Assembly (NCBI GenBank): GCA_963768975.1
Contig: CAVYKB010000019.1
Span: 198,688-262,687 of the forward strand
Source of the DNA: an uncultured Acidimicrobiia bacterium
GTDB taxonomy: Bacteria; Actinomycetota; Acidimicrobiia; Acidimicrobiales; AC-14
Reading direction: 5' to 3'
Length of the DNA stretch: 64,000 bases
The translations under genes and the position numbers were made by a program. This document shows, in pieces, positions 49,444 through 58,190 of the stretch; the stretch's first letter is position 1; every line of letters starts with the position of its first letter. The notes under the pieces were generated by a model. It ran no database searches. It was not told where the DNA came from and saw only the letters and a program-made list of their open reading frames with translations.

Positions 49444-50521
49444 CCGACAGGCAGGCCAGGCTGAGGCGCGCCGGCGGGCGGTCATCGTCGGTACCGGCCT
49501 GATCGGCGGCTCCATCGGGCTCGCCCTCCGCAAGCAGGGCTGGCACGTCACCGGCCGTGACCTCGACGGCCGGCGGGCCGCCCAGGCGCTGGAGCAGGGC
49601 GCGCTCGACGCGGTCGGCGCCGACCCACAGGCCGAGGTCACCTTCGTGTGCGTGCCCGTGTCGTCCATCGCCGAGGAGGCCCGCGCTGCGCTGGCCGCCG
49701 GCGGCGTGGTGACCGACGTCGGCGGCGTCAAGGGACCGGTCGTCGCCGCCGTCGACCATCCCCGCTTCGTCGGCGGCCACCCCATGGCCGGCTCGGAGCA
49801 GGAGGGCATGGACGGCGCCGACCCGTCGCTCTTCGAGGGAGCCACGTGGGTGCTCACGCCCGTCGTGTCGACCGATGCCGAGGCCTACACCCTCGTCCGT
49901 TCGATCGTGACGTCGCTGGGCGCCGACGTGGTGGCGCTGGCGCCCGAGCGCCACGACGAGCTGGTGGCCACCGTCTCGCACGTGCCCCACCTCGCCGCGG
50001 CGACCCTGATGGCCCTGGCCGCCGACGGCGCCACGGAGCAGGGCCCGATGCTGCGGCTGGCCGCCGGCGGCTTCCGGGACATGACCCGCATCGCCGCCGG
50101 CCACCCCGGTATCTGGCCGGACATCTGCGCTGAGAACCGGGACGCCATCGTCGAAGGCCTCGACCGGCTCGTGGCAGCTTTGTCGGCCATGCGTGACCTG
50201 GTGGTGTTGGGGGACCGTCCCGGTTTGCTGGAAAACCTCGAGCGGGCGCGGGCGGCGCGTGTCAACCTTCCGAGCCGCGTGGCCCGTGACACCGCTCTCG
50301 TCGAGATGCGCGTCCCCGTTCCCGACCGTCCGGGCGTACTGGCCGAGATCACCACCCTGCTGGGCGAGCTCGACGTGAACATCGAGGACCTCGAGATCGC
50401 CCACTCCGTCGAGGGCGAGCGGGGCGTGCTGGTGCTGGTGGTGCAGGAGGCGGCGGCCGACGCCACCCGGAGCGCCCTGCTGTCCCGGGGGTTCCACCCG
50501 ACGCTGCGGAAGCTCTCATGA
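49427..50521 (+). CDS. tyrA: prephenate dehydrogenase with a C-terminal ACT domain
   Basis: Rossmann motif AVIVGTGLIGGSIGLAL, PDH domain, C-terminal ACT-like VPDRPGVLAEITTLLGE. Start set at the ATG at 49427 (MTSPSS). Confidence 0.88.
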   Translation: MTSPSSRQAGQAEARRRAVIVGTGLIGGSIGLALRKQGWHVTGRDLDGRRAAQALEQGALDAVGADPQAEVTFVCVPVSSIAEEARAALAAGGVVTDVGGVKGPVVAAVDHPRFVGGHPMAGSEQEGMDGADPSLFEGATWVLTPVVSTDAEAYTLVRSIVTSLGADVVALAPERHDELVATVSHVPHLAAATLMALAADGATEQGPMLRLAAGGFRDMTRIAAGHPGIWPDICAENRDAIVEGLDRLVAALSAMRDLVVLGDRPGLLENLERARAARVNLPSRVARDTALVEMRVPVPDRPGVLAEITTLLGELDVNIEDLEIAHSVEGERGVLVLVVQEAAADATRSALLSRGFHPTLRKLS

Positions 50522-51771
50522 CCTCCTTCACCGTGGAAGGGGGCCGGCCCGTTCGGGGCCACATCGCCGTTCCCGGCGACAAGTCGATCTCCCACCGGGC
50601 CCTGATCGTCGCCGCCCTGGCCGAGGGCACCTCGGTGGTGCGGGGGTTGTCCGACGGTGACGACGTGGCCCGCACCCGGGCGGCGGTCGAGGCCATGGGC
50701 GCCGGCGTCGAGGGGGAGAAGGTCGCCGGCGGGCGCAGCCGCCTCCACGAGCCCGGTGACGTGCTGGACATGGGCAACTCCGGCACCGGCATCCGCCTGC
50801 TCGCCGGCCTGTGCGCCGGCCTGCCGTGGATGACGGTGCTCACCGGCGACGCGTCAATCCGCCGGCGGCCCATGCTGCGTATCCGCAGTCCCTTGCACGA
50901 GATGGGCGCCCGCATCTACACCCGGCGAGGACACTTGGCGCCCCTCGTGATCATGCAGTCCGATCTGCACGGCATCGACGTCCTGACTCAGGTGGCCAGC
51001 GCCCAGGTCAAGTCCGCCATCCTCCTCGCCGGCCTGTCCGCCGAGGGCGAGACCCGGGTGCGGCAGCACGTCGCCACCCGGCCCCACACCGAGGAGCTGC
51101 TGGCCCTGGCCGGCGCCGACATCACCGTGGCCCAAGGCGGCCGCGACGTGCGGCTGCACCCGACCGCGTTGGCCCCGTTCGAGCTCGACGTTCCCGGAGA
51201 CCCGTCGCAGGCCGCGTTCTGGCTGGTGGCCGCCTGCCTGGTGCCCGGCAGCGACGTGGTGGTCGACAACGTCTACCTCCACCCCACCCGTTCGGCCTTC
51301 GTCGACGTCCTGGTCAGAATGGGGGCCGATGTCGAGCGGACGGGGCCGGCGCAGGTGCGGGCCCGTTACTCGCCTGACCTGCACGGCACCGACGTGGGGG
51401 GCGAGGAGATCTCGGGCCTCATCGACGAGATCCCGGTCCTGGCCGTCGCCGCCGCCCTCGCCGAGGGCGATACAACCTTCGGCGACGCCGGCGAGCTCCG
51501 CGTGAAGGAGAGTGACCGTATCGCCACGACCACGGCCGCCCTGGCTGCGCTGGGAGCCCGGTACCAGCTGACGAACGACGGCTTCGTCGTGACCGGGCCG
51601 AACACCCTGCGCGGCGCGCTCACCTCCAGCCATGGCGACCACCGCATCGCCATGGCGCTTGCCGTCGCCGGCCTCGCCGCCGAGGGGACGACCACAATCG
51701 GCGGCTGGGAGGCCGTCGCCACCAGCTACCCCGGCTTCGAGGGCGACCTGGAGCGGCTGTGCGGGTCGTAG
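50518..51771 (+). CDS. aroA: 3-phosphoshikimate 1-carboxyvinyltransferase (EPSP synthase)
   Basis: Motifs PGDKSISHRALI, LDMGNSGTGIRLLAG and DHRIAMA. 417 aa. Confidence 0.95.
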   Translation: MTSFTVEGGRPVRGHIAVPGDKSISHRALIVAALAEGTSVVRGLSDGDDVARTRAAVEAMGAGVEGEKVAGGRSRLHEPGDVLDMGNSGTGIRLLAGLCAGLPWMTVLTGDASIRRRPMLRIRSPLHEMGARIYTRRGHLAPLVIMQSDLHGIDVLTQVASAQVKSAILLAGLSAEGETRVRQHVATRPHTEELLALAGADITVAQGGRDVRLHPTALAPFELDVPGDPSQAAFWLVAACLVPGSDVVVDNVYLHPTRSAFVDVLVRMGADVERTGPAQVRARYSPDLHGTDVGGEEISGLIDEIPVLAVAAALAEGDTTFGDAGELRVKESDRIATTTAALAALGARYQLTNDGFVVTGPNTLRGALTSSHGDHRIAMALAVAGLAAEGTTTIGGWEAVATSYPGFEGDLERLCGS

Positions 51772-52367
51772 CCATCGACGGCCCGGTCGGCTCGGGCAAG
51801 TCGACCGTGGCCAAGGCGGTGGCCGCCCGTCTCGACCTGCCCTACCTGGAGTCGGGGGCGATGTACCGGGTCGTGGCGTGGGCCGCGGTGCAACGGGGCA
51901 TCGACCCCTCGGCCGAGGACGACACCACGAAGCTGGCGGCCGAGCTGGACATGGAGGTGGGCGAGCGGGTCACCGTCGCCGGCGAAGACGTGACCGGGGA
52001 CCTGCGCAGCCCAGCGGTCGGTCGGGCGGTCAGCGCAGTGGCCGCCACCGCCGGCGTTCGCACGGAGCTCGTCCGCCGGCAGCGGGAGTGGGTCGAGGCC
52101 CACGGCGGGGCGGTTGTCGAGGGCCGTGACATCGGCAGCGTGGTCTTCCCCGACGCCGAGGTGAAGATCTTCCTCACCGCCAGCACGGAGGAGCGGGCCC
52201 GCCGGCGGTCGATGGACGAGACCCCCGACGACCTGGCCCGGCGCGACCTCATCGACTCCACCCGGGCCGTCTCGCCGCTGATCGTGCCCCAGGGCGCGGT
52301 GGTCGTCGACACGACGGGCCGCGAGGTCGACGACATCGTCGAGGAGATCGTGGGCCTCCTGCCGTGA
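51759..52367 (+). CDS. cmk: cytidylate kinase
   Basis: P-loop IDGPVGSGKSTVAK, 202 aa. Confidence 0.92.
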   Translation: MRVVAIDGPVGSGKSTVAKAVAARLDLPYLESGAMYRVVAWAAVQRGIDPSAEDDTTKLAAELDMEVGERVTVAGEDVTGDLRSPAVGRAVSAVAATAGVRTELVRRQREWVEAHGGAVVEGRDIGSVVFPDAEVKIFLTASTEERARRRSMDETPDDLARRDLIDSTRAVSPLIVPQGAVVVDTTGREVDDIVEEIVGLLP

Positions 52368-53038
52368 TCGCCTATGCCATCGTCCGCTTCCTGATCTGGC
52401 TGGTGGCCAAGGTCCTGTGGCGCATCAGCTTCGAGGGGTTGGAGAACATCCCGCGCACGGGCGCGTTCGTCATGGCGCCCGTCCACCGGTCCTTCATCGA
52501 CTTCGGCCTGGCGTCGGGCACCACTCGCCGGCCCATGGGCTACATGGGCAAGGAATCTCTCTGGCGGAACAGGTATATGGGGGCCTTCATCACCCACCTG
52601 GGCGCCTATCCCGTCAACCGCGGCGCCCCGGACCGGGAGTCGCTGCGGCGCACGCTGGCCATCCTCGACAGCGGCAAGCCGTTGGTCCTGTTCCCCGAGG
52701 GGACCCGCCGCAGCGGGCCGGTGATCGAGCACCTGCACGAAGGGGCGGCCTATGTGGCGTCGCGGGCCGGCGTGCCCATCATCCCCGTCGGCATCGGGGG
52801 GTCCGAGCGGGCCCTGCCCAAGGGCAAGGCGTTGCCCCGCCTGGTCAGAATCCACATCCTGGTCGGGGAGCCGTTGGTGCCGGCGCCCATCGCCGAGGGG
52901 GCGCGCCACCCGTCGCGCCGGGCGATCAGGGAGCTGACCATCCAACTCCAACACGTCCTCCAGGCTCTTTTCGACCGGGCTCAGCGGACGGCCGGCGTCG
53001 AGGTGCCTGTCAACCAAACCGCGCCGCCAGACGTGTAA
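52364..53038 (+). CDS. plsC: 1-acyl-sn-glycerol-3-phosphate acyltransferase
   Basis: HxxxxD motif in PVHRSFIDF, plus the FPEGTR block. GTGA overlap with cmk. Confidence 0.88.
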   Translation: MIAYAIVRFLIWLVAKVLWRISFEGLENIPRTGAFVMAPVHRSFIDFGLASGTTRRPMGYMGKESLWRNRYMGAFITHLGAYPVNRGAPDRESLRRTLAILDSGKPLVLFPEGTRRSGPVIEHLHEGAAYVASRAGVPIIPVGIGGSERALPKGKALPRLVRIHILVGEPLVPAPIAEGARHPSRRAIRELTIQLQHVLQALFDRAQRTAGVEVPVNQTAPPDV

Positions 53039-53044
53039 CCAGTC

Positions 53045-53554
53045 GTGCGGGAGGACGGAAGTTTCGAGGCGGCGTTTGACGACCTCTTCCCCCGGGCGGT
53101 TCGCCTGGCGAACCGGATGCTCGGCGACCGGGCCGCGGCCGAGGACGTGGCCGCGGAGGCGTTGGCGCGCGCCTACGCCCGGTGGCCCAAGGTCGGCGCT
53201 CTGTCCCACCGGGACGGCTGGGTCCTCAAGGTGGCGACCAACCTGTCGATCGACCGTCTGCGCCGGCGGGTTCCCGAAGTGTGGCCCCAGGTGGAGGCCG
53301 ACTTCGAGGACGGCGTCGAACTGCGCATGGCCCTCAACGCCGCCCTGGTCACGCTGGCCCCGCGCCAGCGGGAGGCGGTGGCCCTGCGGTACCTCGGCGG
53401 GCTGTCAGACCAGGAGGTCGCCCTCGCCCTGGGTATCTCCCTCGGCAGCGTCAAGACGCACATCCATCGCGGCCTGAAAGGCCTGCGCCGCCGGCTCGGT
53501 GCCGGTTTGGAGGAGGTGACTCCCCTTGCCGTGGACGGAATCCCGCTCGCGTGA
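53045..53554 (+). CDS. ECF (group 4) RNA polymerase sigma factor
   Basis: Region 2 FDDLFPRAVRLANRMLGDRAAAEDVAAEALARAYARW. Region 4 LAPRQREAVALRYLGGLSDQEVALALGISLGSVKTHIHRGL. Confidence 0.88.
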   Translation: MREDGSFEAAFDDLFPRAVRLANRMLGDRAAAEDVAAEALARAYARWPKVGALSHRDGWVLKVATNLSIDRLRRRVPEVWPQVEADFEDGVELRMALNAALVTLAPRQREAVALRYLGGLSDQEVALALGISLGSVKTHIHRGLKGLRRRLGAGLEEVTPLAVDGIPLA

Positions 53555-54479
53555 GGAATGGCTGGCCGAGGTGCGGCGGCGCGGGGAGCGCATGCGTCGC
53601 CGGCGCCAGTTCACCATCGCTATCGCCGGCGCGTTCGCGCTGGTCCTGCCGATGAGCGCAGTCGCCGGCTACCTGGCCGGCCGACCCGACCGCGCCATGG
53701 AGCTCTCGGTCGCAGGGCAAGCGACGGCCGGCGGCGCGACGACCGCTCCCGATGACATGGCCATCGGCCGACTGGCGCCGGCCGTCGCACTGCCGACCAC
53801 GACGACCACCATCGCCGAGGTGCACAACCGGCTGACCACGGTCGGTGGCGGCTCCGTGGCGCCGACCGTCCCGCCGATCGACGACCCGGTGGTGCGGCTC
53901 ACGCCGACCTCCGTTCCTCCGGCGGCCGGGAGCGCCGGGATCGGTGGGGCGGCCGCCTCCCCGCTGCTGTCGGCGAACACCCCCCAGGCGTCGTCCGAGC
54001 CGGCGCTGCCGTGCGTGGCGTCGGAGTTCAGGCTGACGGTCACCATGGAGAAGGACGCCTTCGCCGCCGGCGAGAAGGTGAGGGGCTCCTCGGTGTTGGA
54101 GAAGCGATCGCCCGGCACCTGCGCGATGCCGAACTGGTGGATCGAGATCGCGTTCCTGAACAGCGCCGGCACGGAGGTCTCCGAGCTCGTACGCGAGTCC
54201 GGTTCCAGCCAGTCCTTCAACCAGGACCGGAAGACGACCGACTCCTGCCGGGAGGGCGGTGACTGCCGGCGAGTGGTCGAGACCGGGCCCGTCTACACCC
54301 ACACCTTCTACTGGGAGACGCTCGACTGCTCGGCCCCCTACGCCGGACCGGTGGTCCCGGTGGCCCCCGACGGCTCCAACTGCGTGCCTTTCCCTGCCGG
54401 CGGCTACTCGGTGGTCGCCACCTGGACCGGGCCGGGGGCGGGCCCTCCGACGCGCTCGACGTTCAAGATCGGGCTCTGA
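53526..54479 (+). CDS. membrane-anchored protein with a short cytoplasmic N-terminus and a C-terminal extracytoplasmic four-Cys domain (paralog 1 of 3). Its position suggests an atypical anti-sigma factor
   Basis: TTG start with a GGAGGAGG SD; an alternative ATG lies at 53592. The stretch MRRRRQFTIAIAGAFALVLPMSAVAGYLA forms a signal-anchor. Domain pattern ...C...GTCAMP...WETLDCS...NCVPFP...Y..VATWTG. Confidence 0.65.
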   Translation: MPWTESRSREEWLAEVRRRGERMRRRRQFTIAIAGAFALVLPMSAVAGYLAGRPDRAMELSVAGQATAGGATTAPDDMAIGRLAPAVALPTTTTTIAEVHNRLTTVGGGSVAPTVPPIDDPVVRLTPTSVPPAAGSAGIGGAAASPLLSANTPQASSEPALPCVASEFRLTVTMEKDAFAAGEKVRGSSVLEKRSPGTCAMPNWWIEIAFLNSAGTEVSELVRESGSSQSFNQDRKTTDSCREGGDCRRVVETGPVYTHTFYWETLDCSAPYAGPVVPVAPDGSNCVPFPAGGYSVVATWTGPGAGPPTRSTFKIGL

Positions 54480-54489
54480 GAGGCCCACG

Positions 54490-55068
54490 GTGAGGGGGCG
54501 GCGGGTCGAATGGGTGGTCGGCCTGCTGGCGGCCGGCGCCTGGATCGTGGCGATGACGGCCCCTTGGCCTGCCGGCGAGGCGCCGCCCATGCCTCCCGTG
54601 GTGCCGGCGCCGGCGTGGCCGGCGCCCGTGGCCATCGCCGGCCCGAGCATGGCCCCGGAGCGACCACCGACCACGCCGGCGACGCCGGACCTGGCGCCTT
54701 GTCCCCCCGAGGGGCTCCAGATCGACGTCGTCCCGACGAAGGCCACGTTCCTCGCCGGCGACACGGTAGGGGGCATGTTCTTCGTCCAGACCGGCCGCGC
54801 CGTCGGCTGCGCGGTCGCCATGCCGACGTCCTTCCGGATCGAGGAGGTTGCCACCGGCAAGGTGGTCGGCAACGTCGCCGCCACCTCCGAGTACCCGAGC
54901 GCCATCAAGTCGGACGGCTGGACTTACACGAGCACATTCGAGTGGGACCGCCAGGACTGCTCGGGCGCAACCTGCGTCCCGGTCCCGCCTTCCCTGTACC
55001 AGGCGGTGGCCGAGTGGACGGGGGGAAGCCCCTACCGCGGATGGGGAGAGTTCCGCATCGGCGGATGA
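54490..55068 (+). CDS. membrane-anchored four-Cys-domain protein (paralog 2 of 3)
   Basis: VRGRRVEWVVGLLAAGAWIVAMTA anchor and Pro-rich linker. Domain APCPPEG...VGCAVAMP...WDRQDCSGATCVPVPP...Y..VAEWTG. Confidence 0.6.
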   Translation: MRGRRVEWVVGLLAAGAWIVAMTAPWPAGEAPPMPPVVPAPAWPAPVAIAGPSMAPERPPTTPATPDLAPCPPEGLQIDVVPTKATFLAGDTVGGMFFVQTGRAVGCAVAMPTSFRIEEVATGKVVGNVAATSEYPSAIKSDGWTYTSTFEWDRQDCSGATCVPVPPSLYQAVAEWTGGSPYRGWGEFRIGG

Positions 55069-55098
55069 CAGCCACACTGTGAGGTCGTAGGATCACCT

Positions 55099-55761
55099 TT
55101 GGTGATCCCCAGGCGGGTGGCGTTCCTCGGCATCGCGGCGTTGGTCCTGGCCGGCGCCGGCATCGCCGCGGCCGCCACCCACTCCGACGACGACGACACC
55201 CCGGCGGCTCTCGAGCAGCCGGCGACCACGACCACCTCGATGGTGCCCGAGACGACCACGACCGCGCTGGCGACCTCGACGACAGCGCCGGCGCCCTCCA
55301 CCACCGCGGCCACGGGCAGGACGACGACCACGCGGGCCGGCGCCACGACCACCACCAGGGCGAGTACGACAACGACGACGGGGCCGGTCGCCGCCTGCGC
55401 CACCGCTCAGGTCCAGCCTGCGGTGACGACGGACAAGCCGTCCTACGGCATCGGCGAGCCCGTGCGCATCCACAGCACGCTGCACAACCGGTCGGGCAGC
55501 ACCTGCACCTACCCCAGCTTCGTCTTCACCGCCACCATCCTCAGCCCCACCGGAGCGACGGTGACCAGCTTCACCCGCCAGGGCGAGCAGGGTGGTTCGC
55601 TGGGATCGGGCCAGGCCCACGAGGCTTTCGTGACCTGGGAGCGGGTCAGCTGCACATCGGACATCTGCCCGCCCAACGTCGCCGGCGACTACACCGTCTC
55701 GGCCACCTGGAACTTCCCCGGAGGCCCCCACACGGCCACCCGGACGTTCCGCCTCACCTAG
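55099..55761 (+). CDS. secreted/anchored four-Cys-domain protein with a Thr-rich linker (paralog 3 of 3)
   Basis: Signal MVIPRRVAFLGIAALVLAGAGIAAAA and Thr/Ala-rich linker. Domain CATAQ...GSTCTYP...WERVSCTSDICPP...Y..SATWNF. Confidence 0.65.
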   Translation: MVIPRRVAFLGIAALVLAGAGIAAAATHSDDDDTPAALEQPATTTTSMVPETTTTALATSTTAPAPSTTAATGRTTTTRAGATTTTRASTTTTTGPVAACATAQVQPAVTTDKPSYGIGEPVRIHSTLHNRSGSTCTYPSFVFTATILSPTGATVTSFTRQGEQGGSLGSGQAHEAFVTWERVSCTSDICPPNVAGDYTVSATWNFPGGPHTATRTFRLT

Positions 55762-56801
55762 CCGTTGGCGAGGGCGTCGAGCACGTCGCTGGCCGCTCGT
55801 TGGCGGTCCTGGGCGAAGGCCGACCGGGCCGGCGGCGCCGCCCCCAGCGTCACCGACGCCACCGCGTCGAGGGCCATCAGCAGCTCGCGCAGCTCCCGGG
55901 GCGGCGGGAAGTACTCGTCCTCGTTGGTGACGACGACCTCCTCGATGCCCTGGGCCGGGTGCAGCCGGGCGATCACCGACCGGACCAGCTCCTCGGGCGC
56001 CGAGGCGCCGGCGGTCACACCCACGACGCCGGCCAGGTCGTCGGGGAGCTCGTCGGCCCCGTTGACCCGGTAGACCCGGGCGCAGCCGGCGCCCCGCGCC
56101 ACCTTCTCCAGGGCCACGGTGTTCGACGAGTTGGCCGAGCCGATGACCACGATGGCGTCGGCCCGGGCCGCGATCTCGATGAGGGCCGACTGGCGGTTCG
56201 TGGTCGCGAAGCACAGGTCGCTGTTCCCTGGCATCCAGAGGTCGGGGAACCGCTGGCGGGCAGCGTCGAGCACGCCGGCCCAGTCCTGGTGGCTGAGCGT
56301 CGTCTGGGCCAGGAGGGCCACCGGCCCACCCGGATCGGGCAGCGCCGCCAACTGCTCCTCGGACTCCACCAGGTGGATCGAGTCGGGGGCGACGGCCATG
56401 GTTCCGACCGCCTCGTCGTGGCCCTCGTGGCCGACGTAGAGGATCGAGAAGCCCTTGCCCGCTCGCACCTTGACCTCGTGGTGCACCTTGGTGACGAGCG
56501 GGCAGACGGCGTCGACGACGAACCCGCCGCTGGCCCGGGCCGCCTCGACCACCTCAGGGGCCGATCCGTGGGCGCTCAGCATGAGCGGCGCCCCGGGTGG
56601 CACCTCGGACACGTCGTTCACGAACACCACGCCCAGCTCGCGGAACCGGTCGACCACCAGGCGGTTGTGAACGATCTCGTGGTAGCAGTACACCGGCGGC
56701 TCGAACACCCGGACCATCCACCCCAGCGCCTTGATCGCCATCTCCACGCCGGCGCAGAAGCCGCGCGGCGCGGCCAGCAGCACCTTCTCGACGTCCACCA
56801 A
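55758..56801 (-). CDS. ispH: 4-hydroxy-3-methylbut-2-enyl diphosphate reductase
   Basis: LLAAPRGFCAGVEMAI, conserved Cys ligands (C...AVCPLV...CFATTNRQ), SANSSNT motif. 347 aa. Confidence 0.93.
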   Translation of the reverse strand: MVDVEKVLLAAPRGFCAGVEMAIKALGWMVRVFEPPVYCYHEIVHNRLVVDRFRELGVVFVNDVSEVPPGAPLMLSAHGSAPEVVEAARASGGFVVDAVCPLVTKVHHEVKVRAGKGFSILYVGHEGHDEAVGTMAVAPDSIHLVESEEQLAALPDPGGPVALLAQTTLSHQDWAGVLDAARQRFPDLWMPGNSDLCFATTNRQSALIEIAARADAIVVIGSANSSNTVALEKVARGAGCARVYRVNGADELPDDLAGVVGVTAGASAPEELVRSVIARLHPAQGIEEVVVTNEDEYFPPPRELRELLMALDAVASVTLGAAPPARSAFAQDRQRAASDVLDALANG

Positions 56802-56837
56802 TCCAGCCTACCGGCCGGGTACCCGTATCCTGGAGGC

Positions 56838-58190
56838 GTGTCCCTGCCCCGGGTTGTTGCCGTCGCGCCCGGATCGCCCGCGTCGCGGGCCGGGCTGCAG
56901 CCCGGTGACGAGGTGGTGTCGCTGGCCGGCCGCCGGCCCCGCGACGTCATCGAGTGGCGCCTGCTGACCGACGAGGCCGATGTCGACATGGAGCTGCGGC
57001 GGGGCGGCCTCGACTTCGACGTCGTCGTCGCCAAGCACGAGGGCGAGCCGCTGGGCGCCGAGGTCTCCTCGGCCCTGTTCGACAAGGTCCGCACCTGCGA
57101 CAACCACTGCGACTTCTGCTTCATCTACCAACTGCCGCCGGCGCTGCGCCAGAGCCTGTACCTGAAGGACGACGACTACCGCCTGTCCTTCCTCTACGGG
57201 AACTTCACCACCCTGACCCGGTTCACCGAGATTGACCTCGAGCGGGTCGTCACCGAGCGCCTGAGCCCGCTGAACGTCAGCATCCACGCCACGGACCCTG
57301 CGCTGCGGGCCCGCATGCTCCGCAACAAGCGGGGTGCCACCAGCCTGCGCTGGCTGCGGGCCCTGCTCGACCACGGGATCGAGATCCACGGCCAGGTCGT
57401 GGTGTGCCCTGGGGTGAACGACGGCGCCGTCCTCGACGACACGCTCTGCGGCATCCTCGACGAGTACCCCGAGCTGGCGACCGCCTGCATCGTGCCCCTG
57501 GGCGTCAGCCGCTACAACACCGAGCCGGCCATGCGGCCCCACACCGTCGCCGAGGCCCGGGCGGTCGTCGACACGGTCGAGGACTGGCAGGACGTCTTCC
57601 GCTCCGTGCTCGGCCGGCGCCTGGTCTTCGCCGCCGACGAGTACTACCTCCTCGCCGGCCTCCCCTTTCCCGAGGCAGACGCCTACGAGGGTTTCCCCCA
57701 GCACGAGAACGGCATCGGCATGGCCCGGGCCTTCGAGATGGAGCTCCACGGCAAGGTCGAGGCCGAGTCGGGCATCGGCGTACAGCCCGGCTTCTTCGCC
57801 TGGGTCGACGGGGCGCCGGCGGAGGGCTACCGGGCGCCCCGCACGGACGGGTTGATCTCGCTCACCCCTCGCCGGGACGCGCCGGTCGCCGTTCTCACCG
57901 GCGAGTATGGCGCCGCGGTCCTCGAGCCGCTGGTTGCCGACCTCAACGTGCGTGTGCTCCCGGTCCGCAACAACTTCTTCGGTGGGAACATCGGAGTCAC
58001 CGGCCTGCTGGTGGGCCAGGACATCGCCCCCGTCCTGGCCGCCCAGCCCGAGGGCCACCGCTACCTGCTGCCCGACGTCTGCCTTTCCGGGGGCCTGTTC
58101 CTCGACGGCTCCAAGCCCGAGGACCTGCCCCGCCCCGTCGAGATCATCCGGTCCGACGGCATCTCCCTACGTCAGGCCTTGTCACTGTGA
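56838..58190 (+). CDS. PDZ-domain radical SAM protein (DUF512-type)
   Basis: N-terminal PDZ GSPASRAGLQPGDEVVSL, then CDNHCDFCFI (C-x3-C-x2-C). GTG at 56838 is preceded by GGAGG. Confidence 0.8.
   Translation: MSLPRVVAVAPGSPASRAGLQPGDEVVSLAGRRPRDVIEWRLLTDEADVDMELRRGGLDFDVVVAKHEGEPLGAEVSSALFDKVRTCDNHCDFCFIYQLPPALRQSLYLKDDDYRLSFLYGNFTTLTRFTEIDLERVVTERLSPLNVSIHATDPALRARMLRNKRGATSLRWLRALLDHGIEIHGQVVVCPGVNDGAVLDDTLCGILDEYPELATACIVPLGVSRYNTEPAMRPHTVAEARAVVDTVEDWQDVFRSVLGRRLVFAADEYYLLAGLPFPEADAYEGFPQHENGIGMARAFEMELHGKVEAESGIGVQPGFFAWVDGAPAEGYRAPRTDGLISLTPRRDAPVAVLTGEYGAAVLEPLVADLNVRVLPVRNNFFGGNIGVTGLLVGQDIAPVLAAQPEGHRYLLPDVCLSGGLFLDGSKPEDLPRPVEIIRSDGISLRQALSL

Noticed and set aside
53592-53594. Alternative ATG start for the first Cys-domain paralog, which would remove the overlap with the sigma gene
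   Set aside because: It was not adopted, because the TTG at 53526 has a strong GGAGGAGG SD at ideal spacing while the ATG has a weaker GGGGAG 3 nt away. Both remain possible. The difference matters for whether the protein has any cytoplasmic segment.
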